Source: Candidatus Levybacteria bacterium CG2_30_37_29
GTDB taxonomy: Bacteria > Patescibacteriota > Microgenomatia > Levybacterales > GWA1-39-11
NCBI GenBank assembly: GCA_001873215.1
Contig: MNYS01000002.1
Location: 28,395-92,394 of the forward strand
Direction of reading: 5' to 3'
DNA: 64,000 nucleotides
Shown: positions 46,405 through 57,599 of the stretch, one piece after another
Numbering within the stretch: position 1 is the stretch's first letter
Layout of the letters: each line of letters opens with the position of its first letter
Made by a program: the position numbers and the translations under genes
Notes under the pieces: model-generated
Database searches by the model: none
What the model saw: the letters and a program-made list of their open reading frames with translations, nothing else
What the model was told of the DNA's origin: nothing

Positions 46405-47935
46405 AAATCAAATTTTGGTTATCTTTCTTGTTGTGGTAATATCCTTGCCGGCGGTTTTTGCTCTTTTCCAAACAGGTTTTCCTCAAACAGATGACGGGAA
46501 CTGGATGGTTATTAGGTTTTCAGCGTTTTATGCATCATTTCGCGACGGACAAATCCCCGTACGTTTCCTGGAAAGACTGAATTACGGATATGGATATCCG
46601 GTTAGCAATTTTTTGTATCCGGGATTTATGTATTTGGGTATTCCGATACATATTCTTGGAATAAATTTTGTTGATACGATCAGAATTTTATTCGGCGTTT
46701 CTCTTTTAAGTTCATCATTGTTTTGTTTTTTTTGGCTTTCGAAATTATTTAGACAAAAAGCCGCTTTTTTAGGAGCTATTTTTTATCTTTATGTACCTTA
46801 TCATCTGTTTGATGTTTATAAGAGGGGAAGTCTTGGTGAGGTTTTATCACTTGCGATTGTTCCGTTTGTTTTATGGATGATAGAGAAGAATTTTTTTTTC
46901 TTTGTGGCTCTTGGAGTTTTTCTTCTATCGATTTCGCATAATACGCTCGCCTTATTATTTTTGCCTCTTTTATTTATTTATTCTTTGATAAGAAAAATTC
47001 CGTTATCAAAGATAATTCTAAGTTTTTTTACCGGAATTTTACTTTCTTCTTTTTTTATTATTCCTGCAGTTTTGGAACTCTCGTATACGAATTTTTCAAA
47101 AACAAAAATTTCAGATATTTCAGGTTACTTTACGGATGTTAATCTAATCGGTTTCTCAACTTTTTTTGTTCTTGTTATGTCTTGTTGGTTATTGTTAAAA
47201 AATAAAGTAAATGAAAAAGACGGACAACGACCACTTTCTATTTTATTTGTAACAATTTTATCGGTAAGCATTATATTCTCCACAAGCGTTTCGGAGTTCT
47301 TGTGGAAGTTTCTACCGCAAACTTTTATTCAATTTCCTTTTAGGCTTCTTTCGTACGAAATTGTTGCCGGAAGTTTTCTTACAGCATTTGTTTTCTCCCG
47401 ATTAAAACGATTTTTTGTGCCTACAGCAAGTATTTTTCTTATTTTAGTTTTTATAAATGTATTTCAATATTTAAAACCTAGTGCTAGTCAAAATCTTCCT
47501 GATACTTTTTATTCAACAAATGAAGCGACGACAACAGTTCAAGATGAATACATGCCGGTTTGGGTAAAAGAAAAACCAAAGTCACACTTTGAAAGAAAAG
47601 TGGAAGTTATTTCGGGAAACGCCACCATGTCAAACATTTTGTCTAGTGCTAAAAAAATCAGTTTTATACTAAACGCTCAAACACCTACAACAATAAGAAT
47701 TAATACAATATATTATCCTGGGTGGAAAGCCAGTCTAAACGGAAATAATTTGAGTATTGACTACTCAAATATTTATGGAGTCATGGATTTGTCTATTCCG
47801 AAAGGAGACAATAGCATAATGCTTACTTTTGGCGAAACTCCTTTAAGACTTGTGGCCGACGGCATAAGCTTTGCAGGTTTAATTTTCTTGTTTTCAGCGC
47901 CTTTTATTCGAGTAAAAAACAAAGCGTTGCTATAA
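46382..47935 (+). CDS. PTPS-related family membrane protein, paralog 2
   Basis: TDDGNWMVIRFSAFYASFRDGQIPVRFLERLNYGYGYPVSNFLYP. C-terminal YYPGWKASLNG module. Start set to the internal Met. Confidence 0.6.
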   Translation: MSFTKHIKNQILVIFLVVVISLPAVFALFQTGFPQTDDGNWMVIRFSAFYASFRDGQIPVRFLERLNYGYGYPVSNFLYPGFMYLGIPIHILGINFVDTIRILFGVSLLSSSLFCFFWLSKLFRQKAAFLGAIFYLYVPYHLFDVYKRGSLGEVLSLAIVPFVLWMIEKNFFFFVALGVFLLSISHNTLALLFLPLLFIYSLIRKIPLSKIILSFFTGILLSSFFIIPAVLELSYTNFSKTKISDISGYFTDVNLIGFSTFFVLVMSCWLLLKNKVNEKDGQRPLSILFVTILSVSIIFSTSVSEFLWKFLPQTFIQFPFRLLSYEIVAGSFLTAFVFSRLKRFFVPTASIFLILVFINVFQYLKPSASQNLPDTFYSTNEATTTVQDEYMPVWVKEKPKSHFERKVEVISGNATMSNILSSAKKISFILNAQTPTTIRINTIYYPGWKASLNGNNLSIDYSNIYGVMDLSIPKGDNSIMLTFGETPLRLVADGISFAGLIFLFSAPFIRVKNKALL

Positions 47936-47943
47936 TAAAGAAC

Positions 47944-49665
47944 ATGAAATTTATAAAGTCTCATTTTTCATCCGTGATTCTTGTTTTGGTCCTTTCTGTT
48001 GTTTCGGTTTTTCCGTTTTTTCAATTTGGATTTTTTTCAATGCATGATGATACTCAGGTCGCACGGGTATTTGAAATGGGCAAGAGTTTAAGTGATGGAA
48101 TGTTTCCCGTGCGGTGGGTTAGTGATTTGGGGTATGGTTATGGATACCCCATTTTTAATTTTTACTCTCCGCTACCTTATTATATAGGCGGATTTCTAAC
48201 GTTTATTGGTATTGATGCTCTTCTTGCAACAAAAATTGTTTTTTTACTCGCAATTATTGGTGCAGGAATATCAATGTATTTTTTGATTAATAAATTTTTT
48301 GGCAAGTCAGCAGGAATTGCTGCGGCAGTAATATATGTTTATTTTCCATATCATGCTGTAAATATTTACGTACGAGGGGCAATATCGGAATTATTTGCTT
48401 ATGTATTTTTGCCTCTTGTCTTTTTAGCTTTAGTTAATATTCATTATGGAAAGCCGGAAAAAACAAATACTTTTCAGGCGAATTTACCATCTATACTTCT
48501 GGGCGCGTTTGCAATAGCTGCGGTTATACTTTCTCACAATCTGTCAGCCTTTATGATGTTTTTATTTTTGCTGATATTTATTCCGGTATCGCTCGTTTTT
48601 TCAAAAGAAAGAAGTAAAAGATTTATTGTTTATCTGGCTGTTTTATTTGTTGGATTTTTATTATCGGCATTTTATTCAGTGCCGGCAGTTTTTGAAGCCC
48701 GTTTTACAAATGTTTCCTCACAAATTGGTGGAGGAGCCAATTATTCTGACCATTTCGTGTGCATAAATCAGTTGTGGGATAGTCCCTGGGGATTTGGTGG
48801 TTCTGCAAAGGGGTGTACAGACGGAATGAGTTTTCGGATTGGAAAATTAAATATTATTTTCGTACTACTAGCTTTTATGTTTATACCAATTTGGTTTAAA
48901 AAAATAAGAGAAAGAAGTTTTTTTATACTTTTGACTATTGGGTTTTTTGCTCTATCTCTTTTTATGAGCATAGAATACTCGTTACCTATTTGGAAAACCA
49001 TACCATTTAGTCAATTTTTACAATTTCCGTGGAGATTTCTTGGCCCGGCAGGACTTTTTATAAGCATAATAATTGGGGTATTGGTATTTATACTCGGAAA
49101 AATTTTAAAAACCCCTTTTGTTGTTTTATCTTATATTTCTATAATCCTTGGAACAATTTTTCTAAACGTCAAGCTTTTTACTCCTCAGCAAATTATTTCT
49201 CAAGATGTAAATTTTTATACGAACATAGATAATCTTACATTTAAAACTTCAAAAATTTCAGATGAATACATGCCGCAAAATTTTATAAAGCCCTTAAGTC
49301 AAAGAGACATTAAAAAAGAAAGCGTAGAGATAGTATCAGCAAAAGGAACAATACAAAACATACAAACGAACACAGACAATATAAGTTTTAATATAGTTAT
49401 AAATCAACAGGGTACAATAAGAATAAATAGGGCATACTTTCCGGGGTGGAAAGTTTATGTTGACGGAATCGAAAGTGAATATGTTGTAAAAAACGACGGA
49501 ATATACACAGAAGTATTACAGGGTTCACATATAGTTGGGGTAAAGCTTGTCCAAACTGCAATTGAAAAATTTAGCAACGTGCTTAGTTTTATTGGTTTGA
49601 TTATCGTTTTTATTGTTATAATATTGGATAACAGACTTTATGGATACACAAGAAAAGCTTCCTGA
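47944..49665 (+). CDS. PTPS-related family membrane protein, paralog 3
   Basis: HDDTQVARVFEMGKSLSDGMFPVRWVSDLGYGYGYPIFNFYSPLPY. C-terminal YFPGWKVYVDG module. Confidence 0.6.
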   Translation: MKFIKSHFSSVILVLVLSVVSVFPFFQFGFFSMHDDTQVARVFEMGKSLSDGMFPVRWVSDLGYGYGYPIFNFYSPLPYYIGGFLTFIGIDALLATKIVFLLAIIGAGISMYFLINKFFGKSAGIAAAVIYVYFPYHAVNIYVRGAISELFAYVFLPLVFLALVNIHYGKPEKTNTFQANLPSILLGAFAIAAVILSHNLSAFMMFLFLLIFIPVSLVFSKERSKRFIVYLAVLFVGFLLSAFYSVPAVFEARFTNVSSQIGGGANYSDHFVCINQLWDSPWGFGGSAKGCTDGMSFRIGKLNIIFVLLAFMFIPIWFKKIRERSFFILLTIGFFALSLFMSIEYSLPIWKTIPFSQFLQFPWRFLGPAGLFISIIIGVLVFILGKILKTPFVVLSYISIILGTIFLNVKLFTPQQIISQDVNFYTNIDNLTFKTSKISDEYMPQNFIKPLSQRDIKKESVEIVSAKGTIQNIQTNTDNISFNIVINQQGTIRINRAYFPGWKVYVDGIESEYVVKNDGIYTEVLQGSHIVGVKLVQTAIEKFSNVLSFIGLIIVFIVIILDNRLYGYTRKAS

Positions 49666-50365
49666 GTTATCAATTTTCTTTCCATTCTGGAACGAAGAGA
49701 AAAATATTGAGAAGGTTGTAACAGACGCAATTTCTGTTGCTCGTGATGTTGCGGAAACGTGGGAGATTATAATGGTTGATGATGGATCAACTGATAAAAC
49801 ATCTGAAATCGCAAAAAACTTAGAAAAAAAACACAAAAATTTAAAGCTAATTGCGCTGCATCCAAATAAAGGATATGGGGCAGCGCTTAGAGCAGGCTTG
49901 GAGCATTCGCAATATAAATATGTCGTATTTACAGACGGCGATTTACAATTTGATTTTTCGGAATTGACAAAATTTATTGAAAAAATTGATTCCGCAGATA
50001 TTGTTATCGGGTATAGAAAAAAAAGAAAAGACGAAAAGATTTTCAAAAGACTTCTATTGATGAATCTTTTGAAGGTTTGGGATTTTGTATTGTTTGGGTT
50101 TTATTTTAGGGATATAGATTGCGGATTTAAAATGTTTACGCGGAATGCTCTGGATCAGCTTGGGTCTTTGCGTTCGGATGGAGCTATGATAACCTCGGAA
50201 ATTCTTGCAAAAGCAAAGAAAAAGAAGCTAAAAATACTTCAAGTAGGAGTGGAGCATTATCCTAGAAAATATGGTTTGCAAACAGGAGCAAATTTATTTG
50301 TTATTGTTCGCGCAATTCTCGAAAGTTTAATTCTTTGGTCAGATATCCACAATGGAAGAATTTGA
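49640..50365 (+). CDS. GT2 glycosyltransferase (polyprenyl-phosphate glycosyltransferase-like)
   Basis: LSIFFPFWNEE...IIMVDDGSTDKT, TDGDLQ (DxD), IGYRKKR. Confidence 0.8.
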   Translation: MDTQEKLPELSIFFPFWNEEKNIEKVVTDAISVARDVAETWEIIMVDDGSTDKTSEIAKNLEKKHKNLKLIALHPNKGYGAALRAGLEHSQYKYVVFTDGDLQFDFSELTKFIEKIDSADIVIGYRKKRKDEKIFKRLLLMNLLKVWDFVLFGFYFRDIDCGFKMFTRNALDQLGSLRSDGAMITSEILAKAKKKKLKILQVGVEHYPRKYGLQTGANLFVIVRAILESLILWSDIHNGRI

Positions 50366-51806
50366 TACAGAAAAAGAGCATATTGGTTTGACTTCTGCAA
50401 AGGGTGTTGCGGCTCTTGCTTCAAGAACATTTATTCTCAACCTTATTTCTTTTGCGACGTCTCTTGTGATATTTACAATACTTACGCCGCGGGATGTTGG
50501 AGTATATGTTGCAGTTATTGCGATTCAACGAGTTGTAAGTTTTTTCACAGATTTTGGTTTTGGCGCAGCTCTTATTCAGAAAAAAGATAAATTAACTCGA
50601 GAAGACACGACAACTACATTTACACTGCAGAGCAGTGTTACTTTAGCGATATTTGTAATTATTTTTGTCTTAAAAGATTTTATTGCGCGAGGATTTAATC
50701 TTGCAAATGATGCGGTTATACTACTTTTAGTTTTGGTGTTTACCATATTTGTTTCTTCGTTTAAGACGATTCCATCAATTGTGCTTGAAAGGAAAATACA
50801 CTTTCATAAGCTTATTTTCCCTCAAATTGTTGAGTCTTTAGTTTTTAATGCAATTTTACTTTTTCTTGTTATTAATCGTTTTGGTCTTTACAGTTTTTCA
50901 TGGGCATTTTTTATATCAAGCATTGTAAGCATTCCTGTTTATTATTATATCCAGCCATGGCACATCGGAGTTGGGGTAGATAGAAAATCGCTTGGTCATC
51001 TTCGTTTTGGGCTGCAATTTCAGCTAAAAAATATTCTTGCGACAATAAAAGATGATTTTTTAACAGTTATTCTTACAAAATTTCTTTCATATACGCAAAT
51101 TGGGTATATCGGATTTGCACAAAAATTAGCCTTTTTTGTTTTTAGGTATGTTGTCGATAGTGTTACAAAAGTAACTTTTTCCGCATACTCAAGGCTTCAA
51201 GACGACAAAGTGCTTTTGAGACGAGCAATCGAGAAATCACTTTTTTTTGTTTCATCTCTTATGTTTCCGATGCTTTGTGGTCTTATTATCGCTGCTCCTT
51301 TTGTAATCCGATATTTTCCTAAATGGCAAAATAAATGGGAACCTGCAGTTATAAGCCTTGTGTTTTTTTCCCTTAACGCGATTGTTTCTTCTTTGTCCGG
51401 AATTCTAGTAAATGTTCTTGATTCAACAGGTAAAGTTAAAACTACTCTCAAGCTTATGGTTGTTTGGACAACTCTTACTTGGGTTTTGACGCCAATTTTT
51501 ATAAAAATTTGGGGATACAATGGAGTTTCTATTGCTTCTTTTTTAGTAACGCTCACAATTTTTTATACAGTTTACCTCGTAAAACAGGTTGTACAATTTT
51601 CTTTTTTAAAAAGTATCTACAAGCCGTTTTTTGCAACTACAGCTATGGGACTTCTTTTTTACTTTTTATCTTCGCTTTTTGTGACAAGCATGGCAAGCCT
51701 TATATTTTTTAGTGTAATTTCGGGATTGTTTTATTCTGTGCTATTCTATTTAATAGCAGGAGAAGAAGTTATTGGTGATTTTAAAAAAATAATTTTTAAG
51801 AAATAA
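50352..51806 (+). CDS. Polysaccharide/oligosaccharide flippase (Wzx-like, MOP superfamily)
   Basis: 484 aa with about 12-14 TM helices and typical Wzx N-terminal charged loops. Confidence 0.65.
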   Translation: MEEFDTEKEHIGLTSAKGVAALASRTFILNLISFATSLVIFTILTPRDVGVYVAVIAIQRVVSFFTDFGFGAALIQKKDKLTREDTTTTFTLQSSVTLAIFVIIFVLKDFIARGFNLANDAVILLLVLVFTIFVSSFKTIPSIVLERKIHFHKLIFPQIVESLVFNAILLFLVINRFGLYSFSWAFFISSIVSIPVYYYIQPWHIGVGVDRKSLGHLRFGLQFQLKNILATIKDDFLTVILTKFLSYTQIGYIGFAQKLAFFVFRYVVDSVTKVTFSAYSRLQDDKVLLRRAIEKSLFFVSSLMFPMLCGLIIAAPFVIRYFPKWQNKWEPAVISLVFFSLNAIVSSLSGILVNVLDSTGKVKTTLKLMVVWTTLTWVLTPIFIKIWGYNGVSIASFLVTLTIFYTVYLVKQVVQFSFLKSIYKPFFATTAMGLLFYFLSSLFVTSMASLIFFSVISGLFYSVLFYLIAGEEVIGDFKKIIFKK

Positions 51807-51810
51807 AAAA

Positions 51811-52737
51811 ATGACAACTCAAAAACAAACAATTTCTGTTGTAGTTTCCGCATACAACGAAGAAGAAAAAATCAAAGAGTGTCTTTTGTCGGTAAAATTT
51901 GCCGATGAAATTATAGTTGTTGATAACCAGTCGTCGGATAATACGGCCAAGACTGCAAAACATGCTGGTGCAATAGTCATAAGCCGCCCCAACAATGCAA
52001 TGCTAAATATTAACAAAAATTTTGGGTTTTCAAAAGCCAGTAGCGTATGGATATTAAATCTTGATGCTGATGAAAGGGCAACTCCACAACTAATTTCTGA
52101 AATTAAAAAAAAGATTGGGGAAAGAAACGGAACGGATGGATACTGGATTCCGCGGAAAAATATTATTTTTGGAAAATGGATAGAGCACTCAATTTGGTGG
52201 CCCGATTATCAGTTGAGGTTGTTTAAAAACGGAAAAGGAAAATTTGCAGAAAGACACGTTCACGAGCCAATTGAAGTACACGGTAAAACAGAAAAATTAG
52301 AAGAATCACTTATTCATATAAATTACACGACTGTTTCACAATACCTTCAAAAGCTTGATAATATATATACCGAGAATGAGGCAGAGCAATTTATTGCGGA
52401 GGGAAAAACAATACATTGGGTTGACGCAATTCGATTTCCTGTAAACGATTTTTTAAAAACCTTTTTTCTGCAAAAAGGCTACAAGGAGGGACTTCATGGA
52501 CTCGTACTTTCTCTTCTTCAAGCATTTTATTCTCTTATAATTTTTGCAAAAGTATGGGAAAAACAAGGATTTAAAGAAGAAAACAGTAAAACATTTCTTA
52601 AAGATACATATAAAGAGTTTGAGAAGGCTTTCAGCGATATTACATACTGGTTTTTAACCGTAACTTTGGATGAAACATCTCAAAAAGGGAAAAAGTTCTT
52701 CTATAAACTTCGGCGAAAAATGATTAAAAGACCTTAA
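51811..52737 (+). CDS. GT2 glycosyltransferase
   Basis: ISVVVSAYNEEEKI...IIVVDNQSSDNT and DADE (DxD) motifs. Confidence 0.75.
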   Translation: MTTQKQTISVVVSAYNEEEKIKECLLSVKFADEIIVVDNQSSDNTAKTAKHAGAIVISRPNNAMLNINKNFGFSKASSVWILNLDADERATPQLISEIKKKIGERNGTDGYWIPRKNIIFGKWIEHSIWWPDYQLRLFKNGKGKFAERHVHEPIEVHGKTEKLEESLIHINYTTVSQYLQKLDNIYTENEAEQFIAEGKTIHWVDAIRFPVNDFLKTFFLQKGYKEGLHGLVLSLLQAFYSLIIFAKVWEKQGFKEENSKTFLKDTYKEFEKAFSDITYWFLTVTLDETSQKGKKFFYKLRRKMIKRP

Positions 52738-53651
52738 TGAAGAAAGTAGCGATAATAATTATTAACTATAACCGAGAAAAAGATACGGTTGATTGTCTGG
52801 AGTCTATTTTAGCAATTGAGTCTTCAAAAAATATATTAACAACCATTGTCGTAGATAACGGGTCTAAAAATAAATTCGCAACAAACAAAAACTATAAAGA
52901 AATTGGGCTTAAAATTTTAAGAAGTGAAAAAAATCTTGGATTTGCCGGCGGAAATAATTTCGGAATTAAACATGCGTTAAATAATGGTGCAGATTATGTT
53001 TTGCTTTTAAATAATGACACTTTCGTAGATAGGAAATTTATAAAAGAATTAATAGATGTTTTCGAAGAAAAAAAGGATGCAGGGATTGTAGCACCAAAAA
53101 TTTACTTTGCAAAAGGATTTGAATTTCATGATAGATATAGGGCAGAAGATCTCGGAAAAGTTTTCTGGTATGCAGGCGGAATAATGGATTGGAATAATGT
53201 TATTGGAAAACACCGCGGAGTTGATGACGTTGACACCGGACAGTACGATAAGATTGAAAAAACAGATTTTGCAAGCGGTTGCTGTTTTTTGACAAGTAGG
53301 GAGGTTTTGGAAAAAGTTGGGATGTTTGATGAAAAGTTTTTTTTGTATTATGAAGAGAGCGATTTATGTGAAAGGGTAAAAAGAAATGGATTTAGTATTT
53401 TCTATACACCAAAATCTGTTCTTTGGCATAAAAATGCCCAATCTACAGGAGGATCGGGTTCTGATCTTCAGGATTATTATATTAGCAGAAATAGGTTATT
53501 GTTTGGCATGAAGCACGCGCCTTTCCGATCAAAAATAGCTTTATTTCGTGAAAGTCTAAAATTATTAATTATGGGTAGAAAATGGCAAAAAATTGGAATA
53601 CGTGATTTTTACATACTAAAATTTGGAAAAGGGAGCTTTAGTCTTGATTAA
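52737..53651 (+). CDS. GT2 glycosyltransferase (rhamnosyltransferase/WbbL-like)
   Basis: IIINYNREKDT...VVDNGS, LLLNNDT (DxD-equivalent), GGCCFL. Confidence 0.75.
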   Translation: MKKVAIIIINYNREKDTVDCLESILAIESSKNILTTIVVDNGSKNKFATNKNYKEIGLKILRSEKNLGFAGGNNFGIKHALNNGADYVLLLNNDTFVDRKFIKELIDVFEEKKDAGIVAPKIYFAKGFEFHDRYRAEDLGKVFWYAGGIMDWNNVIGKHRGVDDVDTGQYDKIEKTDFASGCCFLTSREVLEKVGMFDEKFFLYYEESDLCERVKRNGFSIFYTPKSVLWHKNAQSTGGSGSDLQDYYISRNRLLFGMKHAPFRSKIALFRESLKLLIMGRKWQKIGIRDFYILKFGKGSFSLD

Positions 53652-53664
53652 TAATTTTTATAAA

Positions 53665-55305
53665 ATGAAAAGGTTTTTTGGTCTAGGAATTATTATTCTC
53701 ATATCAATACTTCCATTGCTTGATTTTCTTCATCCCGGACTTCCCTTGACTCACGATGGGCAAGACCACATAGCACGTATTGCAAATTTTTACCAAAGTC
53801 TAACTGAGGGAAACCTAATTCCGCGATGGGCTGGGAATCTTAATTGGGGATACGGACATCCGATACTTATGTTTTTGTATCCTTTGCCGTCATACTCCGC
53901 CTCACTGTTTCATTTATTTGGTGTTAATTTTGTTGACAGTCTGAAAATTGTTTTTGCCACAACATTTATTCTTTCTGGAATAACTATGTATTTATGGATT
54001 CGTGAATTTTTAGGAGAAGAAGCAGGTATTATTGCAGGAGCGTTCTATATGTTTGCGCCGTACAGATTAGTTGATTTATATGTAAGAGGAGCTTTAGGTG
54101 AACACGTGGCATTTGTTTTCCCGCCGCTTATTTGTTATTTTATGTTTAAGCTTTCAAAGAAATATTCTTTTTCAAATTTTGCTTTTGCTGCGTTTTCAGT
54201 TGCCTTTCTTGTCCTTTCACACAACGCAATTACTATAATGTTTATGCCATTTGTTCTTTTATATTGCGTTATTCTTCTTAAAAACGCAAAAAATTTAAAA
54301 AAACTTTTATTGTTATACTTTTTTGCAATTCTTCTTGGTGTTGGTATTTCGGGATTTTTCTTGATCCCTGCGTTTTTGGAGGGAAAATATACTCTTCGTG
54401 ATATAGTGACGGCAAAAGAATATGCATCGCGTTTTGTTGTTCCACAAGCTCTTATATATTCACAATGGAGTTATGGAGGAACAGGATTATTCTCTGCACA
54501 GCTTGGATTGCTTCACTTTATAGGAGTTGTAATTTCTATTTTTTCTTTTAAAAAGGTCTATCAAAAAAATAAAATAATAAAATGGTTTTTTTTCTTAACC
54601 GGAATTTTCTTTCTTTTTTCAATATTTATTATGCTAAAAGAATCAGACTTTATCTGGAAAATTTTTACAATTCTACAAAAATTCCAGTTTCCATGGAGAT
54701 TTCTTTCGCTATCCGTTTTTTGCGAGTCAATTCTTGCCGGTATAGCGATAGCTTTGATGCCCAAAAAACATAAAATGTTAGGAGTTTTAGTTATAGTCGT
54801 AGCTCTTCTTATAGTGAATAAAAATTACTGGCACGCAAACGGATTTTTGCAAAAGCCGGAAAATTTTTATACAAAAGTTTATCAGGGGACAACAGATACA
54901 GGGGAAAGCAGTCCTATTTGGTCGATAAGATTTATGGAACAAGAGGCGCCATCTCATATACAGGTGATAGGAGGTATGGCAGTTAGTAAAGAGGTAATAC
55001 GTACCTCAGTACGTCATCTGTATGTGTTAAATGTAAAATCGGATAGTGCAAGAATTCGTGAAAATACACTTTATTTTCCGGGTTGGAATATATACGTTGA
55101 TGATAAAAAAACCAATACGGAATTCCAAGACCCAAACAATCGAGGAGTAATGACATTTTTTGTACCTACAGGACTTCATAAAATTGAGTTGAGGTTTGAA
55201 GATACTAATACCCGAAAATTGTCAAATATTATATCTGTTATTTCGCTTGCAGGAGTTTTTGGAATAGGTCTCTTTTTTAAAACAAAATATGGTAGAACTA
55301 TTTAG
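53665..55305 (+). CDS. PTPS-related family membrane protein, paralog 4
   Basis: THDGQDHIARIANFYQSLTEGNLIPRWAGNLNWGYGHPILMFLYPLPSY. C-terminal YFPGWNIYVDD module. Start set to the internal Met. Confidence 0.6.
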   Translation: MKRFFGLGIIILISILPLLDFLHPGLPLTHDGQDHIARIANFYQSLTEGNLIPRWAGNLNWGYGHPILMFLYPLPSYSASLFHLFGVNFVDSLKIVFATTFILSGITMYLWIREFLGEEAGIIAGAFYMFAPYRLVDLYVRGALGEHVAFVFPPLICYFMFKLSKKYSFSNFAFAAFSVAFLVLSHNAITIMFMPFVLLYCVILLKNAKNLKKLLLLYFFAILLGVGISGFFLIPAFLEGKYTLRDIVTAKEYASRFVVPQALIYSQWSYGGTGLFSAQLGLLHFIGVVISIFSFKKVYQKNKIIKWFFFLTGIFFLFSIFIMLKESDFIWKIFTILQKFQFPWRFLSLSVFCESILAGIAIALMPKKHKMLGVLVIVVALLIVNKNYWHANGFLQKPENFYTKVYQGTTDTGESSPIWSIRFMEQEAPSHIQVIGGMAVSKEVIRTSVRHLYVLNVKSDSARIRENTLYFPGWNIYVDDKKTNTEFQDPNNRGVMTFFVPTGLHKIELRFEDTNTRKLSNIISVISLAGVFGIGLFFKTKYGRTI

Positions 55306-57598
55306 AAAATACTATCAATTTATTTTTCTTTTGACGATTTGGGCGATATTTTCAAGCCCTTATTTAATTTTTGGAAAAGTGCCATATTCGTCTACGTACC
55401 AAGTTAATCATTTTCCTCCGTGGACAGCATATGAAAAATACTGGGGACCTGTTAAAAATGGTGCAATGCCTGATATTACGGATCAAATTTATCCGTGGCG
55501 CCATTTTACTATTGAAAGTTTGAAAAAGTCTCAAATTCCTCTTTGGAATCCATACAACTTTTCAGGTAATCCTCATCTTGCAAATTTTCAGTCTGCGGTA
55601 CTTTCACCGTTTAATTTACTATTTTTTATTTTACCGTTTGTTGATGCGTGGAGTTTAAATGTTTTATTAGCACCGCTTTTAGCAGGAATTTTTACATATT
55701 TTTTACTACGAGAATTTGGGAACGGCAAAAACTCATCTCTTATTTCTGCCATATCATTCATGTTTTGTGGATTTATAACCGTTTGGATGGCATACGGAAC
55801 TCTTTCTTTAGCAATAGCATTTCTTCCTCTCTCTTTATTTTGTTTGGAAAAATGGTTTAATACAAAAAAAACTTGGGCGCTAGCTCTTCTTGCATTTTCT
55901 ATTCCTCTTTCTTTTTTTGCCGGGCACTTTCAAACGAGTCTGTATTTTTTTATTTTTCTAGCGTTTTATCTTATTTTTAAAATAATAAATTCTAAAAGTA
56001 AAAAAGGTGTTTTATCGGTTTTCTTGTCGGTTTTGTTCGGTCTCTTAATTATTCTTCCTCAAATAGTGCCGTCAATCGAGTTTTATTACAATACTGTTCG
56101 TAGCCAGGTGTTTAATAGTGGTGGAGGAATACCTTGGTGGCACTTAGTAACTTTTTTCAGTCCCGATTTTTTTGGTAATCCTGTGACGCGCAATGATTGG
56201 ATTGGAAGTTATGCCGAATGGGCAAATTTTATTGGAATAATTCCTTTTGCGCTTATTTTATTTAGCGTTTTTTCGGTAAAGAAGAAATCACGCGTTTGGT
56301 TTTTTATTTTAGCAGGTATTACAACGTTAATTCTTGCAATTGAATCCCCATTACAACCTTTTATTGGTAATTTAAAAATTCCTGTTTTGTCCACAAGTAA
56401 CCCATCAAGAATAATTGTTCTTGCAAGTTTTTGCTTTTCTGTTCTTGCCGGATTTGGATTGGAAAGTCTATTAGAATTTATAAACAAAAAGTCTCTGAAA
56501 AAAATTATTACCGGCTTTTTTCCAACATTTCTTATTCTTGCGTCCGTTTGGATTTTCATTTACTTTACCCATATTTTGTCCGCTGAGCAATTGATAGTTG
56601 TAAAGCGAAATATGGTTTTGCCGACAATTATGTTTGGTTTGGTGTTTGGGGCTGCAATACTTTTTTCTTTTTTCAATATAAAAAAATATTTGTGGGCATT
56701 TATAGTAATTGTACTTGTTGTAACTTCTTTCGATAGTCTTCGTTTTGCACAAAAGTGGATGCCTTTTGATCCAAAAAATTTAGTTTTTGCAAACATTCCT
56801 GTTTTTTCGGGGATTAAAGAAAATATTGGGTATGGGCGTATTTTTGGCAATCTTGGTGCGCAAGTAGAGACTTATTATGGATACCCTTCAATACAAGGGT
56901 ACGATCCGTTGTATGTAGGAAGGTATGGTGAGTTTATAAGATCTGCTTTAAGCGGTGAATTCTTGGAGGGAGAAAGGTCGGTTGTAAAGCTTGAAAAATT
57001 TGGGGCTGGAACGAAAAGAGTACTTGATGTTTTAGGAGTAACTCTTATTTTTCATCCGGTTGCCGACACAAATCAATCGTGGGCTTTTCCCGTCTGGCGC
57101 GATAGTCGGTATATTAAAGTATACGGAGACAATAAATTCCAACTTTTTAAGAATACGTCGGCGCTCCCGCGAGCAGAATTATTTAACCGATTCGAACTAA
57201 TTCATAACGATAAGCAAACATTAAAAAGATTTTATTCAAATTCCTTTGATTTTAGAAAAACCATAATTGTTGAAGAAAATCCAAATATTGTCTTAAATAA
57301 GGAAGCAAAAGGAAAATCAGAAATTATTTCATATACGCCAAATAAAATTATTATAAAGGTGAATACTGATAGTCCTGCATTGTTATTTCTTTCTGACAAT
57401 TATTATCCCGGATGGGAAGCATTTATAGACGGTAGCCAAACAAAAATTTTTCGGGCAGATTATGCTTTTCGCGCAGTTGTTGTTCCAAAAGGAACTCACA
57501 CTGTCATCTTTAACTATTCACCGTTAAGTTTCAAGTTGGGTATAGTAGGTGCTATAATCGGTCTTATAGGACTTGTAATTTTGTTGATTAAAAAATAA
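55289..57598 (+). CDS. YfhO-family membrane protein, paralog 2
   Basis: ITDQIYPWRHFTIESLKKSQIPLWNPYNFSGNPHLANFQSAVLSP. C-terminal YYPGWEAFIDG...AFRAVVVPKGTH. Confidence 0.7.
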   Translation: MVELFRKYYQFIFLLTIWAIFSSPYLIFGKVPYSSTYQVNHFPPWTAYEKYWGPVKNGAMPDITDQIYPWRHFTIESLKKSQIPLWNPYNFSGNPHLANFQSAVLSPFNLLFFILPFVDAWSLNVLLAPLLAGIFTYFLLREFGNGKNSSLISAISFMFCGFITVWMAYGTLSLAIAFLPLSLFCLEKWFNTKKTWALALLAFSIPLSFFAGHFQTSLYFFIFLAFYLIFKIINSKSKKGVLSVFLSVLFGLLIILPQIVPSIEFYYNTVRSQVFNSGGGIPWWHLVTFFSPDFFGNPVTRNDWIGSYAEWANFIGIIPFALILFSVFSVKKKSRVWFFILAGITTLILAIESPLQPFIGNLKIPVLSTSNPSRIIVLASFCFSVLAGFGLESLLEFINKKSLKKIITGFFPTFLILASVWIFIYFTHILSAEQLIVVKRNMVLPTIMFGLVFGAAILFSFFNIKKYLWAFIVIVLVVTSFDSLRFAQKWMPFDPKNLVFANIPVFSGIKENIGYGRIFGNLGAQVETYYGYPSIQGYDPLYVGRYGEFIRSALSGEFLEGERSVVKLEKFGAGTKRVLDVLGVTLIFHPVADTNQSWAFPVWRDSRYIKVYGDNKFQLFKNTSALPRAELFNRFELIHNDKQTLKRFYSNSFDFRKTIIVEENPNIVLNKEAKGKSEIISYTPNKIIIKVNTDSPALLFLSDNYYPGWEAFIDGSQTKIFRADYAFRAVVVPKGTHTVIFNYSPLSFKLGIVGAIIGLIGLVILLIKK

Positions 57599-57599
57599 T